In this document: one piece after another, positions 8,798 through 17,700 of the stretch
Layout: each line of letters begins with the position of its first letter
How positions within the stretch are numbered: position 1 is the stretch's first letter
Source of the DNA: Methanobacteriota archaeon
Lineage (GTDB): Archaea > Thermoplasmatota > Thermoplasmata > UBA10834 > DTMW01
Length of the DNA stretch: 45,257 bases
Assembly (NCBI GenBank): GCA_011046235.1
Contig: DSAX01000053.1
Span: 1-45,257, forward strand
Reading direction: 5' to 3'
Made by a program: the position numbers and the translations under genes
Notes under the pieces: model-generated
The model's input: only the letters and a program-made list of their open reading frames with translations
What the model was told of the DNA's origin: nothing
Database searches by the model: none

Positions 8798-9017
8798 ATG
8801 AATCTCTCCAATTGGTCATAGGCCAATTGTGCCACTGAGCAAGCTATAAACATCCCAAATCATACCTATTAAAGGGAAGGATTTCGGTATCGAGATTGAT
8901 AATACCCCGCGTCTTCTTCGAGCGGGCATTGGCAACCTTATTATATCGATTGGAAAATTCATTTCAGTCAAATATGAGCCTTCCGCAATATTTGAAAGTC
9001 AGGAGGACCTATGGTCT

Positions 9018-9632
9018 TTGGCTACAACCATGAAAAAGCGGACGCTTGAAATAAAGCTGGCCAAGCTCGAGGTGCCGGAATCTCCCAAGGCAGATCTCGA
9101 GCAGTACACAACACCCGCGGACGTCGCATCCGATCTCCTCTGGACCGCCCTTTCATTCGGGGATATCCAGGGAAGGAAGATAGCCGACCTGGGCTGCGGG
9201 AACGGCATACTGGGCATCGGAGCGTATCTCCTGGGAGCCGAGGAGGTCACATGCTATGATGTCGACCCCGGCATGGTCGAGCTCGCGAAAAGGAATGCCG
9301 CCTCGATCTCGGCCAATATCATTGGGGTCTGCTCCGATGCGGAATCCATCAGTGAGAGATATCAAACGGTCGTCCAGAACCCGCCTTTCGGAGCGCAGAG
9401 AAGTGCCGCTGACAGGCCGTTCCTCCGGACGGCGATACGAATCTCAGAGGTGGCATACTCGCTTCACATGGCGGAAACGACCGGCTTCGTTGCAAAATTC
9501 TGCAACTCGATCGGAGCGGAAGTTCAGCACATCAAAAGTTATAAGTTCAAGATACCGTTCATGTTCGAATTTCACAGCAAGCCAGAGGATTTCGTGGATG
9601 TTGCATTGCTGAGAATAAAAACCAGAGGGTGA
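9018..9632 (+). CDS. COG2263/METTL5-like RNA (N6-adenine-type) methyltransferase
   Basis: SAM motif I DLGCGNGILGIGA, acidic motif II CYDVD, catalytic NPPFG. It lies directly upstream of csl4, a pairing known from archaeal exosome-linked neighbourhoods. The listed start is TTG at 9018; an ATG at 9030 is an alternative. Confidence 0.8.
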   Translation: MATTMKKRTLEIKLAKLEVPESPKADLEQYTTPADVASDLLWTALSFGDIQGRKIADLGCGNGILGIGAYLLGAEEVTCYDVDPGMVELAKRNAASISANIIGVCSDAESISERYQTVVQNPPFGAQRSAADRPFLRTAIRISEVAYSLHMAETTGFVAKFCNSIGAEVQHIKSYKFKIPFMFEFHSKPEDFVDVALLRIKTRG

Positions 9633-9638
9633 AACCTC

Positions 9639-10211
9639 TTGACAGAAAAAAAGGAATCAAAGAAGGTCCTCCCAGGTGAGCTTGTGGCTACCGCCGAGGA
9701 GTATATGCCAGGTTTCGGAACCTTCGAGGACGACGGGAACATCTACTCCACTGCCATTGGATCGCTTTACCTCGACGAAGGGAACAAGATCGCCAGACTC
9801 GATTTCAAGAATCCACCTCTCGTCGCGTTCGACGAGGATGTGGTATTCTGCGAGGTGACAGACGTTAAGCCATCCATGGTCGTCTGCAGGATCCAGGCGA
9901 TGGAGGGCACCAGCAGAGGCATCACCGGGGAAACGATGGGAACCCTTCATGTGAGCAAGATCTCAAACCGGTATGTCGAGGACGCCTCGGAAAAATTCAG
10001 AATCACAGATATAATTAGGGCGGAGGTTATCCAGAGCCGGCCTTCGATTCAGCTGACGACCGCGAAGCCGCACCTGGGGGTCATAATGGCCAGATGCAAT
10101 TCCTGCCGGGAACCGCTCGACAGGAAGGGCAACAAGCTGTACTGCGAGAGCTGCGAGAGGACCGAATATCGTAAACTCGCGAAAGATTACCGCGATGTCA
10201 AGCCCTGTTAG
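9639..10211 (+). CDS. csl4: Exosome complex RNA-binding subunit Csl4 (N-terminal domain, S1 domain, C-terminal zinc ribbon)
   Basis: N-terminal LPGELVATAEEYMPGFGTFEDDGNIYS, a central S1-like block (VVFCEVTDVKPSMVVCRI ... GTLHVSKISNRYV), and a C-terminal CNSC...CESC zinc ribbon. The size of about 190 aa is typical for archaeal Csl4. Confidence 0.85.
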   Translation: MTEKKESKKVLPGELVATAEEYMPGFGTFEDDGNIYSTAIGSLYLDEGNKIARLDFKNPPLVAFDEDVVFCEVTDVKPSMVVCRIQAMEGTSRGITGETMGTLHVSKISNRYVEDASEKFRITDIIRAEVIQSRPSIQLTTAKPHLGVIMARCNSCREPLDRKGNKLYCESCERTEYRKLAKDYRDVKPC

Positions 10212-10269
10212 GTGCAAAAGAGATAAATCACCGGTCCAAGATAAGCAAATACGGGAAAAGAGGCGTTTG

Positions 10270-10449
10270 ATGTATTCTGATGCAGAAGAGATGGTCAGGG
10301 AGATCAAAAAGCTTCGGGAGGAGCTCAACCAGATGCGAGAGATCGTGAACATGCTCCTCAATGTGGTTATGGAAGAATCGGAGGAGGATGAGTTCGAACA
10401 AGCTCTCCTTCAGGACGACTCGGCGAAGCGATTCAACCTGTACAACTGA
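10270..10449 (+). CDS. Hypothetical small acidic coiled-coil protein (59 aa if started at the internal ATG)
   Basis: Part of listed ORF 10195..10449. The ATG at 10270 gives MYSDAEEMVREIKKLREELNQMREIVNMLLNVVMEESEEDEFE..., which has heptad character. No family recognised. Confidence 0.35.
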   Translation: MYSDAEEMVREIKKLREELNQMREIVNMLLNVVMEESEEDEFEQALLQDDSAKRFNLYN

Positions 10450-10569
10450 AGCTGTCAAGCAAAGAACTACGGCGGGCGTCGCTAATTATTCAGTCTATTG
10501 CCGAATCAGATTCCTGGGAGACAGGTCTAAGTCCGAATTCAGCTATCACGCCACTGCGGAGGCACGAGC

Positions 10570-11226
10570 ATGGACCGTATGAAACTGGTGCTGCTTCTCT
10601 CAGGAGGCATTGATTCCCCTGTCGCGGGCTATTTGATGGGCAGACAGCGAGCTGAAATCATCGCTCTTTCCGGATTCGTGAGCTCCGGAAACGAGGAAGC
10701 CCATGTTCGTAAAATGACTGCCCTCGCAGGCAAGATCGCCGTGTCCATCGGGCATGAGGTGTCACTTCATGTATATGATCAGAGTCTCGCCCTCGACTGT
10801 TTCAGAGACGGAATGAGGCCGAACCTTACGTGCGTGCTGTGCAAGCGCGCAATGCTCAGGATGGCTGAGAAGCTTTGTAAGATGACCGACAGCTCTGCGA
10901 TTATAACCGGGGACTCCCTCGGGCAGGTCGCGTCGCAGACACTGCGGAATATCGCCGTTATCGAAAACGCAGTCGCGACGCCGATCCTGCGGCCGCTGAT
11001 CGGTTTAGATAAGATGGACATCGTTCGGATTGCGCGGAACATCGGCACATACGGCACATCGATTGCCTCCGGAGCGCCATCATGCGAATTCGTTCCAAAG
11101 CACCCAGCAACGAGGTCGCTGATCGAGGAAGTACTGGAGGAGGAGATGAGGGTCGGGATCGAAGGGATAATGGACGAAATGGCCAGCACACTGAGGGTGA
11201 TCGAGCATGAAAGATTCAACGAATGA
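10570..11226 (+). CDS. ThiI-like PP-loop ATP pyrophosphatase (tRNA 4-thiouridine/thiazole sulfurtransferase catalytic domain only, without THUMP or rhodanese domains)
   Basis: PP-loop LLLSGGIDSPVA, plus ThiI signatures GDSLGQVASQTL and ILRPLIGLDKMDIV. Three Cys residues are placed as in Fe-S-type archaeal ThiI (CVLC and SCEF). At 218 aa it is too short to hold the N-terminal ferredoxin-like and THUMP module. Confidence 0.75.
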   Translation: MDRMKLVLLLSGGIDSPVAGYLMGRQRAEIIALSGFVSSGNEEAHVRKMTALAGKIAVSIGHEVSLHVYDQSLALDCFRDGMRPNLTCVLCKRAMLRMAEKLCKMTDSSAIITGDSLGQVASQTLRNIAVIENAVATPILRPLIGLDKMDIVRIARNIGTYGTSIASGAPSCEFVPKHPATRSLIEEVLEEEMRVGIEGIMDEMASTLRVIEHERFNE

Positions 11227-11710
11227 GGCTAAAAAGACGCTTGTGGCCGATACTTCGGCCCTCTTCAACGCGTCCGATTTTCCGGCCCACTTCGATATAG
11301 TCGTCCCGCCAGGAGTAGTGGAAGAGCTTAGAAGATGGGGCATGGATCGGCGATTGGATATGCTTCTGGCCTCTAGAATCGAAGTCCGAATTCCGTTGAA
11401 CGGCTCGCTCGAAAAAGCCCGCAAAGCCTCCGAGGCGACAGGGGACATAGGCAGACTGTCAGATACCGACATCTCCGTCGTCGCCCTGGCGATCGAGCTC
11501 GAGGCGCCCGCCATCACGGATGACTACTCGATTCAGAACGTGATTAAATCGCTCGGTGGGAAGTTCCTCACGATGGAGAAGATCGGGATCAGGGATGTAT
11601 TTACTTGGGAGTTCCGATGCTCCGGCTGCGGCAAACTATTCAAAGAGAAAATCGATGAATGCGATGTCTGCGGGCACAGGCTGCGGTCCTGGCGCGCCAG
11701 GAAAAAATGA
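11207..11710 (+). CDS. nob1: Nob1-type endoribonuclease (PIN domain plus C-terminal zinc ribbon), 16S rRNA 3'-end maturation
   Basis: PIN acidic residues in LVADTSALF and LSDTDISVVALAIEL. C-terminal CSGC...CDVC ribbon. The size of about 167 aa and this architecture match archaeal Nob1. It overlaps the ThiI-like gene by 20 nt. Confidence 0.8.
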   Translation: MKDSTNEAKKTLVADTSALFNASDFPAHFDIVVPPGVVEELRRWGMDRRLDMLLASRIEVRIPLNGSLEKARKASEATGDIGRLSDTDISVVALAIELEAPAITDDYSIQNVIKSLGGKFLTMEKIGIRDVFTWEFRCSGCGKLFKEKIDECDVCGHRLRSWRARKK

Positions 11711-11718
11711 GCTTTAGC

Positions 11719-12804
11719 CTAGAAGAGGTAGAACAATCTCTTGCACAGGATCGCCCGCTCCAACCCCCTTGACCTCAACATTTTCATCGCGAGCTCGAGC
11801 CTCAGGTCGCCGCTGAGGAAACGGTCTGCGATCGCCTTGGTACGAGCCGCGTTCCTCAACGGGCGGTATACCTGCCGCCTCCACTCCGTCTCATAGGCGC
11901 CGAGGTCTGGTCCTCCCCTCAACGCGCTCGAAATGCAGCGACCCGCGATCCTGCCGCAGATCATCGCGATAGGGATTCCCCCGCCGTTAGTGGCCATCAC
12001 CTGACCGGCGGCGTCTCCGACGAGCAGGCCGTTCCCTCGGACCGTCTTTTTTATTGGTCCGGAGATCGGTACCTGGCCGTAAGTGGTCTCCCCGCATTCA
12101 ATGTCGTGCTTCTCCTGGAAAAGCCTGAGCAGCTCGGTCAGCGGAAGTGAAGACATGACTTTCTGCACCCCGAGGCCGACATTCGCGGTTTCCCTCTTTG
12201 GGATTATCCATGCATACCCTCCAGGTGCGACCGGGCCGAAGTACATGCTCACCCTGTCCCCCCAGTCACCCGCAGCCTGGGCGGTGATCGCCTGGCTTAT
12301 CGATTTCGGAGCATCCAGCGAAAGTGCCCGTCGCACCCTGGACAGCGGACCATCTGCGCCCACTATGACATCGAAGCCGATCTTGCCAGCGGAGGTATTT
12401 GCCGAGCCACTGTTTTCCAATCCCTGGAACTCAACCCCGGTCGAGAGCCTCGCGCCCTCCTTCTCCGCCCTCCTCCAGATCTCCTTGTCGAATCTGCGCC
12501 TGTCGACCGTCAGGCCGTTGAATTTGATGGAGAATGAGGACCCTCTCGGACCGTAAAGGTCGATGTACCTTGTTTCCCTTTCAACAATGCCAGGGGGGAT
12601 CTCGAACAGGTCACCATACGCCTCGCTCCCGGGCAGTATTCTCCTGAGCTCGTCCGCTATCGGAATGAATTCTCCGCACTGAACCGGGAATCCAATCTCC
12701 TCCCTGCGATCGATTGCGAGGACATCCAACCCGGCCCTGGCGATCTCTCTGGCGGTACAGCTGCCAGCCGGGCCCGCCCCGACGACCAGAACAGTCGTCT
12801 TCAT
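11719..12804 (-). CDS. Geranylgeranyl reductase family flavoprotein (lipid or quinone prenyl reductase)
   Basis: FAD dinucleotide fold MKTTVLVVGAGPAGSCTAREIARAG, then GFPVQCGEFI and GDAAGQVMATNGGGI. The start is set at the internal ATG (12804) because it forms an ATGA overlap with the stop of the upstream methyltransferase. The 32-codon extension in the listed ORF is probably not translated. Confidence 0.85.
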   Translation of the reverse strand: MKTTVLVVGAGPAGSCTAREIARAGLDVLAIDRREEIGFPVQCGEFIPIADELRRILPGSEAYGDLFEIPPGIVERETRYIDLYGPRGSSFSIKFNGLTVDRRRFDKEIWRRAEKEGARLSTGVEFQGLENSGSANTSAGKIGFDVIVGADGPLSRVRRALSLDAPKSISQAITAQAAGDWGDRVSMYFGPVAPGGYAWIIPKRETANVGLGVQKVMSSLPLTELLRLFQEKHDIECGETTYGQVPISGPIKKTVRGNGLLVGDAAGQVMATNGGGIPIAMICGRIAGRCISSALRGGPDLGAYETEWRRQVYRPLRNAARTKAIADRFLSGDLRLELAMKMLRSRGLERAILCKRLFYLF

Positions 12805-13517
12805 CTCTTCACGCCACTGAGCAGAAAAGCGCCGCCCATAGAAAGCAGCTTCCATTCGACATCTTTGAACCCCATTCCCCGCATGGATTCGGCATAGCAA
12901 CCGGGCGTTTCGAAGTGATCATATGTGACCCAGAGCGTGTCATAGGGATTGCCGTTCCACTCTTTCATCTCGCTTCTCGGTATGACGAACTTGGACAGGA
13001 AAGGGACCATGTTCTTCAGATAGGATTTGACCAACCAGCTCTTGAGCCGTCCCTCTCTTTTTGCGATATCGACTATCACGGCGACGCCGTCTTTCCTGAG
13101 CACCCTCAGCATCTCTCTGAGGCTCTTCTCCTTGTCCGAAAAATCTCTGAACGAGAACGAGCAGAAGATCCTGTCGAAGCTCTCGGTGGCAATGGGCAGC
13201 TCCTCCGCCACACCCGCTGCGAACTGAATGTTGCCGGCCGTTCTGCGCCTTGCGACTCCTATCAGCTTCTCGGACGGCTCGACGCAGACTACGCTCCTCC
13301 CCCTCAGAAGCATGGCGAAGCTACCCGGACCGGAGCCTATCTCGAGTATGTCGAGGCCCGGGCCAGAAAAATCGATCGCGCTCCTCCTCCATTTATCGGC
13401 CTGGAAGAGCGTGGAGAGTTCATTGACTCTGTCGTAGTAGTCCGATACCGCCTCGATCGACGATACGATTCGAAGCCATTCTTCTCGGTCGAGCCCGTCC
13501 CTGCTCAGGGCCAGCAC
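12801..13517 (-). CDS. ubiE: UbiE/MenG-family SAM-dependent (demethyl)menaquinone C-methyltransferase
   Basis: YDRVNELSTLFQADKWRR N-terminal signature of the UbiE/COQ5 family, SAM motif I LDILEIGSGPG, and the post-I acidic residue. Confidence 0.75.
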   Translation of the reverse strand: MLALSRDGLDREEWLRIVSSIEAVSDYYDRVNELSTLFQADKWRRSAIDFSGPGLDILEIGSGPGSFAMLLRGRSVVCVEPSEKLIGVARRRTAGNIQFAAGVAEELPIATESFDRIFCSFSFRDFSDKEKSLREMLRVLRKDGVAVIVDIAKREGRLKSWLVKSYLKNMVPFLSKFVIPRSEMKEWNGNPYDTLWVTYDHFETPGCYAESMRGMGFKDVEWKLLSMGGAFLLSGVKR

Positions 13518-13525
13518 CTCCCTGA

Positions 13526-14617
13526 TCAGATCGATCTGCCAATGATCAGTTTAGGCAGTTCCGCAAGTTTGTTCTTGAAAATGGAATCCTGAATTCCGTC
13601 CAGGTATTCGAGCCCGGCTTCCGCGTATCTGTGGGAGGCGTCGTAGGCGGCGTCCACGCCGCCGCTTTCCCTGATCATCGCGAGAAATTCTGCCGTCTGT
13701 CTTGCGCCGATGTCTCGGTTGCCCAGAACCCCGGGCAGCCTCCTGGCGACATCGGGGTCGTTCTCCGCGGCCAAGATGACAGGCAGGGTCATGTTCCCCT
13801 CCCTTATATCGGAGCCGGTGCGCTTCCCCAGACTCTTCTCATCTCCTACGATATCGAGTATGTCGTCCACGATCTGGAATGCGATCCCGATGTTCATCCC
13901 GTACCCGCCGAACGCCTTGATCTGATCACCGTTCCTCTCTGCCAGTCTGGCGCCCACCTGGGCAGAGGTCTTGATCGGATGGGCCGTCTTGCCCCTTATG
14001 ATCTTCATGTACTCTTCGACGGAGAGATCGGAGTTGTTCCTGTTCATGTACTGCATTATCTCCCCCTCGGCGAGCGATCTGCAGGACTCCGCGACGAGGT
14101 CCACGATGTCGGCTTCGTATTTCCCGCCCACGCAGAAGGCCATCGCGAACATGAAGTCTCCAGCCACAATCGCCTCGTGAAGCCCGAACTGTCGGTACGC
14201 TGCTCTCTTGCCCCGCCTCATCTCCGCACCGTCATTGATATCGTCGTGGATGAGCGTGGCCGAATGTATCAGTTCTATCGCGGCGGATATGTCGATTACG
14301 CTATCGATATCCTCTCCCATGAGCGATCTATGGGCCAATATCGCAAGGCTGGGACGAAGCCTCTTCCCCCCGGAATCCACCACGTGCAGCGCGACATCCG
14401 TGAGGATCTTCTGGGAAGAATTGATCAGTTCTCTCATGCGTCTTTCGACCGAGGCGAGCTCCTCCTCGAGACCGAGCTCCGAGGCCCATTGGCTCATGCA
14501 GGCCGACATATCAGGAAATCCGTACTTAACCCTGTCCTCTGGAACGGATTCGAGTTCTCTCGCTTCCGACTCTTCGGTCTCTCGCTGCAATTCGATCCTC
14601 TCAGACGGTAATGCCAT
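13526..14617 (-). CDS. trans-Polyprenyl diphosphate synthase (IspB/HepT-like, probably the quinone side-chain synthase)
   Basis: GGKRLRPSL, first Asp-rich motif LIHDDINDG, second motif FQIVDDILD. There are about 35-40 extra acidic residues at the N-terminus compared with what I expect, so the true start may be an internal Met (MSACMSQW...). Confidence 0.85.
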   Translation of the reverse strand: MALPSERIELQRETEESEARELESVPEDRVKYGFPDMSACMSQWASELGLEEELASVERRMRELINSSQKILTDVALHVVDSGGKRLRPSLAILAHRSLMGEDIDSVIDISAAIELIHSATLIHDDINDGAEMRRGKRAAYRQFGLHEAIVAGDFMFAMAFCVGGKYEADIVDLVAESCRSLAEGEIMQYMNRNNSDLSVEEYMKIIRGKTAHPIKTSAQVGARLAERNGDQIKAFGGYGMNIGIAFQIVDDILDIVGDEKSLGKRTGSDIREGNMTLPVILAAENDPDVARRLPGVLGNRDIGARQTAEFLAMIRESGGVDAAYDASHRYAEAGLEYLDGIQDSIFKNKLAELPKLIIGRSI

Positions 14618-14624
14618 CCTTTCA

Positions 14625-16169
14625 TCAGCCGATCGGGAGCAGCCCGTTCAGCGCCCTCGCAGCCTCCAGCGCCCCCTCGAGGAACGGCTCCGGATAGAGT
14701 CCAATGAACACGGTCACGATCATCGCGATGACGATGGCGGCCTGAATCAACGGTGGAACCTTTATCCTATCTTGGCTTTGAGGATTATGTATGTACATGC
14801 TCTTTATTATTCTGGCATAGTAGAACAGGCTCAGGGCGCTGTTCAGTATGCCCGCTATGGCAAGCCAAACCAGCCAGCTTGCGCCCCCCGGCTCGCTCGA
14901 GCCGAATATGGCAGCGGAGAACAGAACGAACTTGCTGTAGAAGCCCGCGAGAGGAGGTATCCCCGCAAGAGAGAGCACGAAGATTGCCATGGCCAATGCG
15001 AGGAACGGAGCCCTTTTGCTGAGGCCGTCGAAGTCCTTCAGGTTCTCCCCGAATCCCCTGACCGTCAGGGCCAAGATCACGAAGAACGCGCCGCTCTTCA
15101 TCGCCGCATGCGTGATGACGTGCAATATCCCACCGGCGACCGCATACTCGCTTATCCGAACGAGTTCAGGAGATGACGGATCGTACACCGCCCATACCGG
15201 GAGCGCGATGAGTATGTACCCGGCCTGCGCGATGCTCGAGTATGCCAGCATCCTCTTCACGCTGTTTTGCTGGATTGCGACGAGGTTGCCCACGGTCATC
15301 GTCAATATCGCGATGATCCCGATTGCCAGGTCCCACTGCGCCTTATAGGCGAGAAGGGCGACTATGAATATCTTGAATAGCGCCGCAATCCCCATCTTCT
15401 TGGATGCAGCTGCGAGAAGTGCGGTAATGGATGTCGGGGCGCCCTCGTATACGTCGGGAGCCCACATATGGAACGGCACGGCTGCGATCTTGAAGCCCAG
15501 CCCTATTATCAGCATGGCGATGCCGAGCAGTACGATCGGGCCGTACTCGGCCCCCATCGCTCCGAGCTCGGTCAGGTTGGTCGTTCCGCCTGCGCCGTAG
15601 AGCAACGACATGCCGAATAGAGATATGGCCGAGGAGAAGCCGCCCACGATGAAGTACTTCATCGCGGCCTCGGTCGATCTCTTGACCGACTTCTGGAACC
15701 CGGTCAGCGCGTAGCTGGAGATCCCGGCGATCTCGAGCCCGAGGAATATCACGATGAGATCCCCGGCGGTGGCCACGAAGCTCATGCCGGTGACCGCGAT
15801 CAGCAGCAGGGCGTAATACTCGCCGTGGTTCCTCTCGCGTTTAATGTAATCAGGGGATACGAAGGCGACCAGCGCCCCGACGAATACGAATACGACCGTG
15901 AAGACCATGGAGAACGCGTTGACGGCGAAGATCGAGGTCTCCGGCGGCTGTTCCCAGAACAGGAACGGCACCAGGTTCTGAGTCTCCGGTATGAGCGCGA
16001 GGATCTCCATGACGCCGACGATGGTGAGCCCGATGATCACCCAATAGGCTATGCCTCTCCGCATCTTCAGCCATAGATCCAGCGCCGGGCATAACAGCGC
16101 GAATATCAGCAGCAGTATCTGCGGCATGAGCACTCCGAAGTATTCCGCAGCCGTGGCCGTCTCAGCCAC
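14625..16169 (-). CDS. nuoN: NADH:quinone oxidoreductase (complex I-like) subunit N
   Basis: Polytopic antiporter-like protein with FHMWAPDVYEGAPTSITALLAA. It is the last nuo gene and its start overlaps the nuoM stop by 8 nt. Confidence 0.9.
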   Translation of the reverse strand: MAETATAAEYFGVLMPQILLLIFALLCPALDLWLKMRRGIAYWVIIGLTIVGVMEILALIPETQNLVPFLFWEQPPETSIFAVNAFSMVFTVVFVFVGALVAFVSPDYIKRERNHGEYYALLLIAVTGMSFVATAGDLIVIFLGLEIAGISSYALTGFQKSVKRSTEAAMKYFIVGGFSSAISLFGMSLLYGAGGTTNLTELGAMGAEYGPIVLLGIAMLIIGLGFKIAAVPFHMWAPDVYEGAPTSITALLAAASKKMGIAALFKIFIVALLAYKAQWDLAIGIIAILTMTVGNLVAIQQNSVKRMLAYSSIAQAGYILIALPVWAVYDPSSPELVRISEYAVAGGILHVITHAAMKSGAFFVILALTVRGFGENLKDFDGLSKRAPFLALAMAIFVLSLAGIPPLAGFYSKFVLFSAAIFGSSEPGGASWLVWLAIAGILNSALSLFYYARIIKSMYIHNPQSQDRIKVPPLIQAAIVIAMIVTVFIGLYPEPFLEGALEAARALNGLLPIG

Positions 16170-17697
16170 CCCCTATCGCTCTGAGTATGATCGTCACCGC
16201 ATCACCGATTCTGTCGATCATGATAGCGGGCAATATCCCGAACAATGCGATCAACGCGATCAGTATCGCCATCGGGGCGGACTCGTACCAGTTCGCGTCG
16301 TGGATGTTCTCCGTCTCGATCTTGTCCGTGAGCGGTCCGAACATGGACCTCTGCAGCGCCCATAGGTAGTATCCAGCAGTGATCGCGACGCTGAGGATCG
16401 GCACCAGCAGCCACAGCCCCCAGTTGTTGAAGATTGCCCAGAAGGTCATGAACTCGGCCGCGAACATGACGAGGCCTGGAAGTCCCAGAGATGCCAGGAA
16501 CCCCGCGGTCATGTAAGTCGCCAGCTTCGGCATCTTCTCCGAGATGCCCCCGAGCTTCGGTATCATTCTGGTACCGCAATGATGCTGGACGACGCCGCAG
16601 GTCATGAATAGGACCGCGGTGACCAGGCCGTGGGCGAACATAACGAAGACGCCGGCGACGATACCGACATAGCTCAGCGTGGCGAAGCCCACCATCACGA
16701 AGCCCATATGGCTCACCGAGGAGTAGGCCACCATCTTCTTGAGGTCCTTCTGGGCCAGGCAGACCACCGCTGCGTACAGGATGCTCACGATACCGATCAC
16801 CGCCATGAGGGGTGCGAGATACGAAGCGCCCTCAGGCAAGGTCGGGATCGCGACTCGAATGAGGCCATATCCGCCCATCTTCAGCAGCAGCCCTGCCAGC
16901 AGCACGCTGCCCGCGGTCGGAGCCTCCACATGCGCATCGGGTAGCCAAGTATGGAACGGCACCATGGGCATCTTGACTCCGAAGCCGAACAGCAGGGCGC
17001 CGAACGCTATGATCTGGAACCCCCTCGTGAACCCTGAGGCCGCATCTCCGAGCTCCATCATGTTGAATGTCGTCGCGCCGGCGTTGAAGTAGATGGCCAT
17101 TATCGCAAGCAGCATCACGAGGCTCGCGACATGGGTATAGATGAAGAACTTGATCGAGGCGTAGTCCTTGTTCGGTCCGCCCCAGATGCCTATCAAGAAG
17201 TACATCGGGATGAGGACGATCTCCCAGAATATGTAGAATACGAGGTAGTCCAGAAGTACGAAGACCCCAGTGACTCCCACCTGCATCAGCAGTATCAGGC
17301 CGAAGTATTCCCTCGGCCTGCGGTCCACATCCCAGGAGAACAGTATCGAAACGAATGTCAACAGCGGGGTTATGAACAGCAGTGGCAGGCTGATGCCGTC
17401 GATCCCAACTGCGAATGATACCCCCAGGCTGGGAATCCACTCGTACTCCTCATAGAACTGCGGGTCCGCGAAAGCCTCCCCGTCCGGAATGGCGCCCCAG
17501 CTGAACGCGAAGATCAGCAGCACCGCGAATATGAGCGGTATTCCCGAGAATATGAGGCTGATCACGCGTATGATCGACATCGACCTGCCCGCGAGGAATA
17601 CCAGGATCGCTCCGATCAGCGGCAGGAATATCATGATGCTAAGGACCGGCAGGCCGGAAAGCAGATCCTGTGCGAAGCTCTGAGCGCCCTCTAACAT
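16162..17697 (-). CDS. nuoM: Complex I-like subunit M
   Basis: FHTWLPDAHVEAPTAGSVLLAGLLLKMGGYG signature; polytopic membrane protein. Confidence 0.9.
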   Translation of the reverse strand: MLEGAQSFAQDLLSGLPVLSIMIFLPLIGAILVFLAGRSMSIIRVISLIFSGIPLIFAVLLIFAFSWGAIPDGEAFADPQFYEEYEWIPSLGVSFAVGIDGISLPLLFITPLLTFVSILFSWDVDRRPREYFGLILLMQVGVTGVFVLLDYLVFYIFWEIVLIPMYFLIGIWGGPNKDYASIKFFIYTHVASLVMLLAIMAIYFNAGATTFNMMELGDAASGFTRGFQIIAFGALLFGFGVKMPMVPFHTWLPDAHVEAPTAGSVLLAGLLLKMGGYGLIRVAIPTLPEGASYLAPLMAVIGIVSILYAAVVCLAQKDLKKMVAYSSVSHMGFVMVGFATLSYVGIVAGVFVMFAHGLVTAVLFMTCGVVQHHCGTRMIPKLGGISEKMPKLATYMTAGFLASLGLPGLVMFAAEFMTFWAIFNNWGLWLLVPILSVAITAGYYLWALQRSMFGPLTDKIETENIHDANWYESAPMAILIALIALFGILPAIMIDRIGDAVTIILRAIGGG

Positions 17698-17700
17698 CTG

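Noticed and set aside
12805-12900. 32-codon N-terminal extension of the GGR homologue, and likewise 25167..25268 for nuoA
   Set aside because: Both extensions overlap upstream features and are unlike the families' N-termini. The internal ATGs give canonical N-termini (MKTTVLVVGAGPAG; [12 protein letters not shown]) together with an ATGA overlap or a correctly spaced TATA box.
13631-15176. Two long plus-strand ORFs (13631..14611, 326 aa; 14208..15176, 322 aa) antisense to the polyprenyl synthase and nuoN
   Set aside because: Both are opposite genes with unambiguous motifs (DDxxD pairs; the NuoN PDVYEGAPT block). Their translations are Arg/His/Pro-rich or Ser-rich without a domain pattern.
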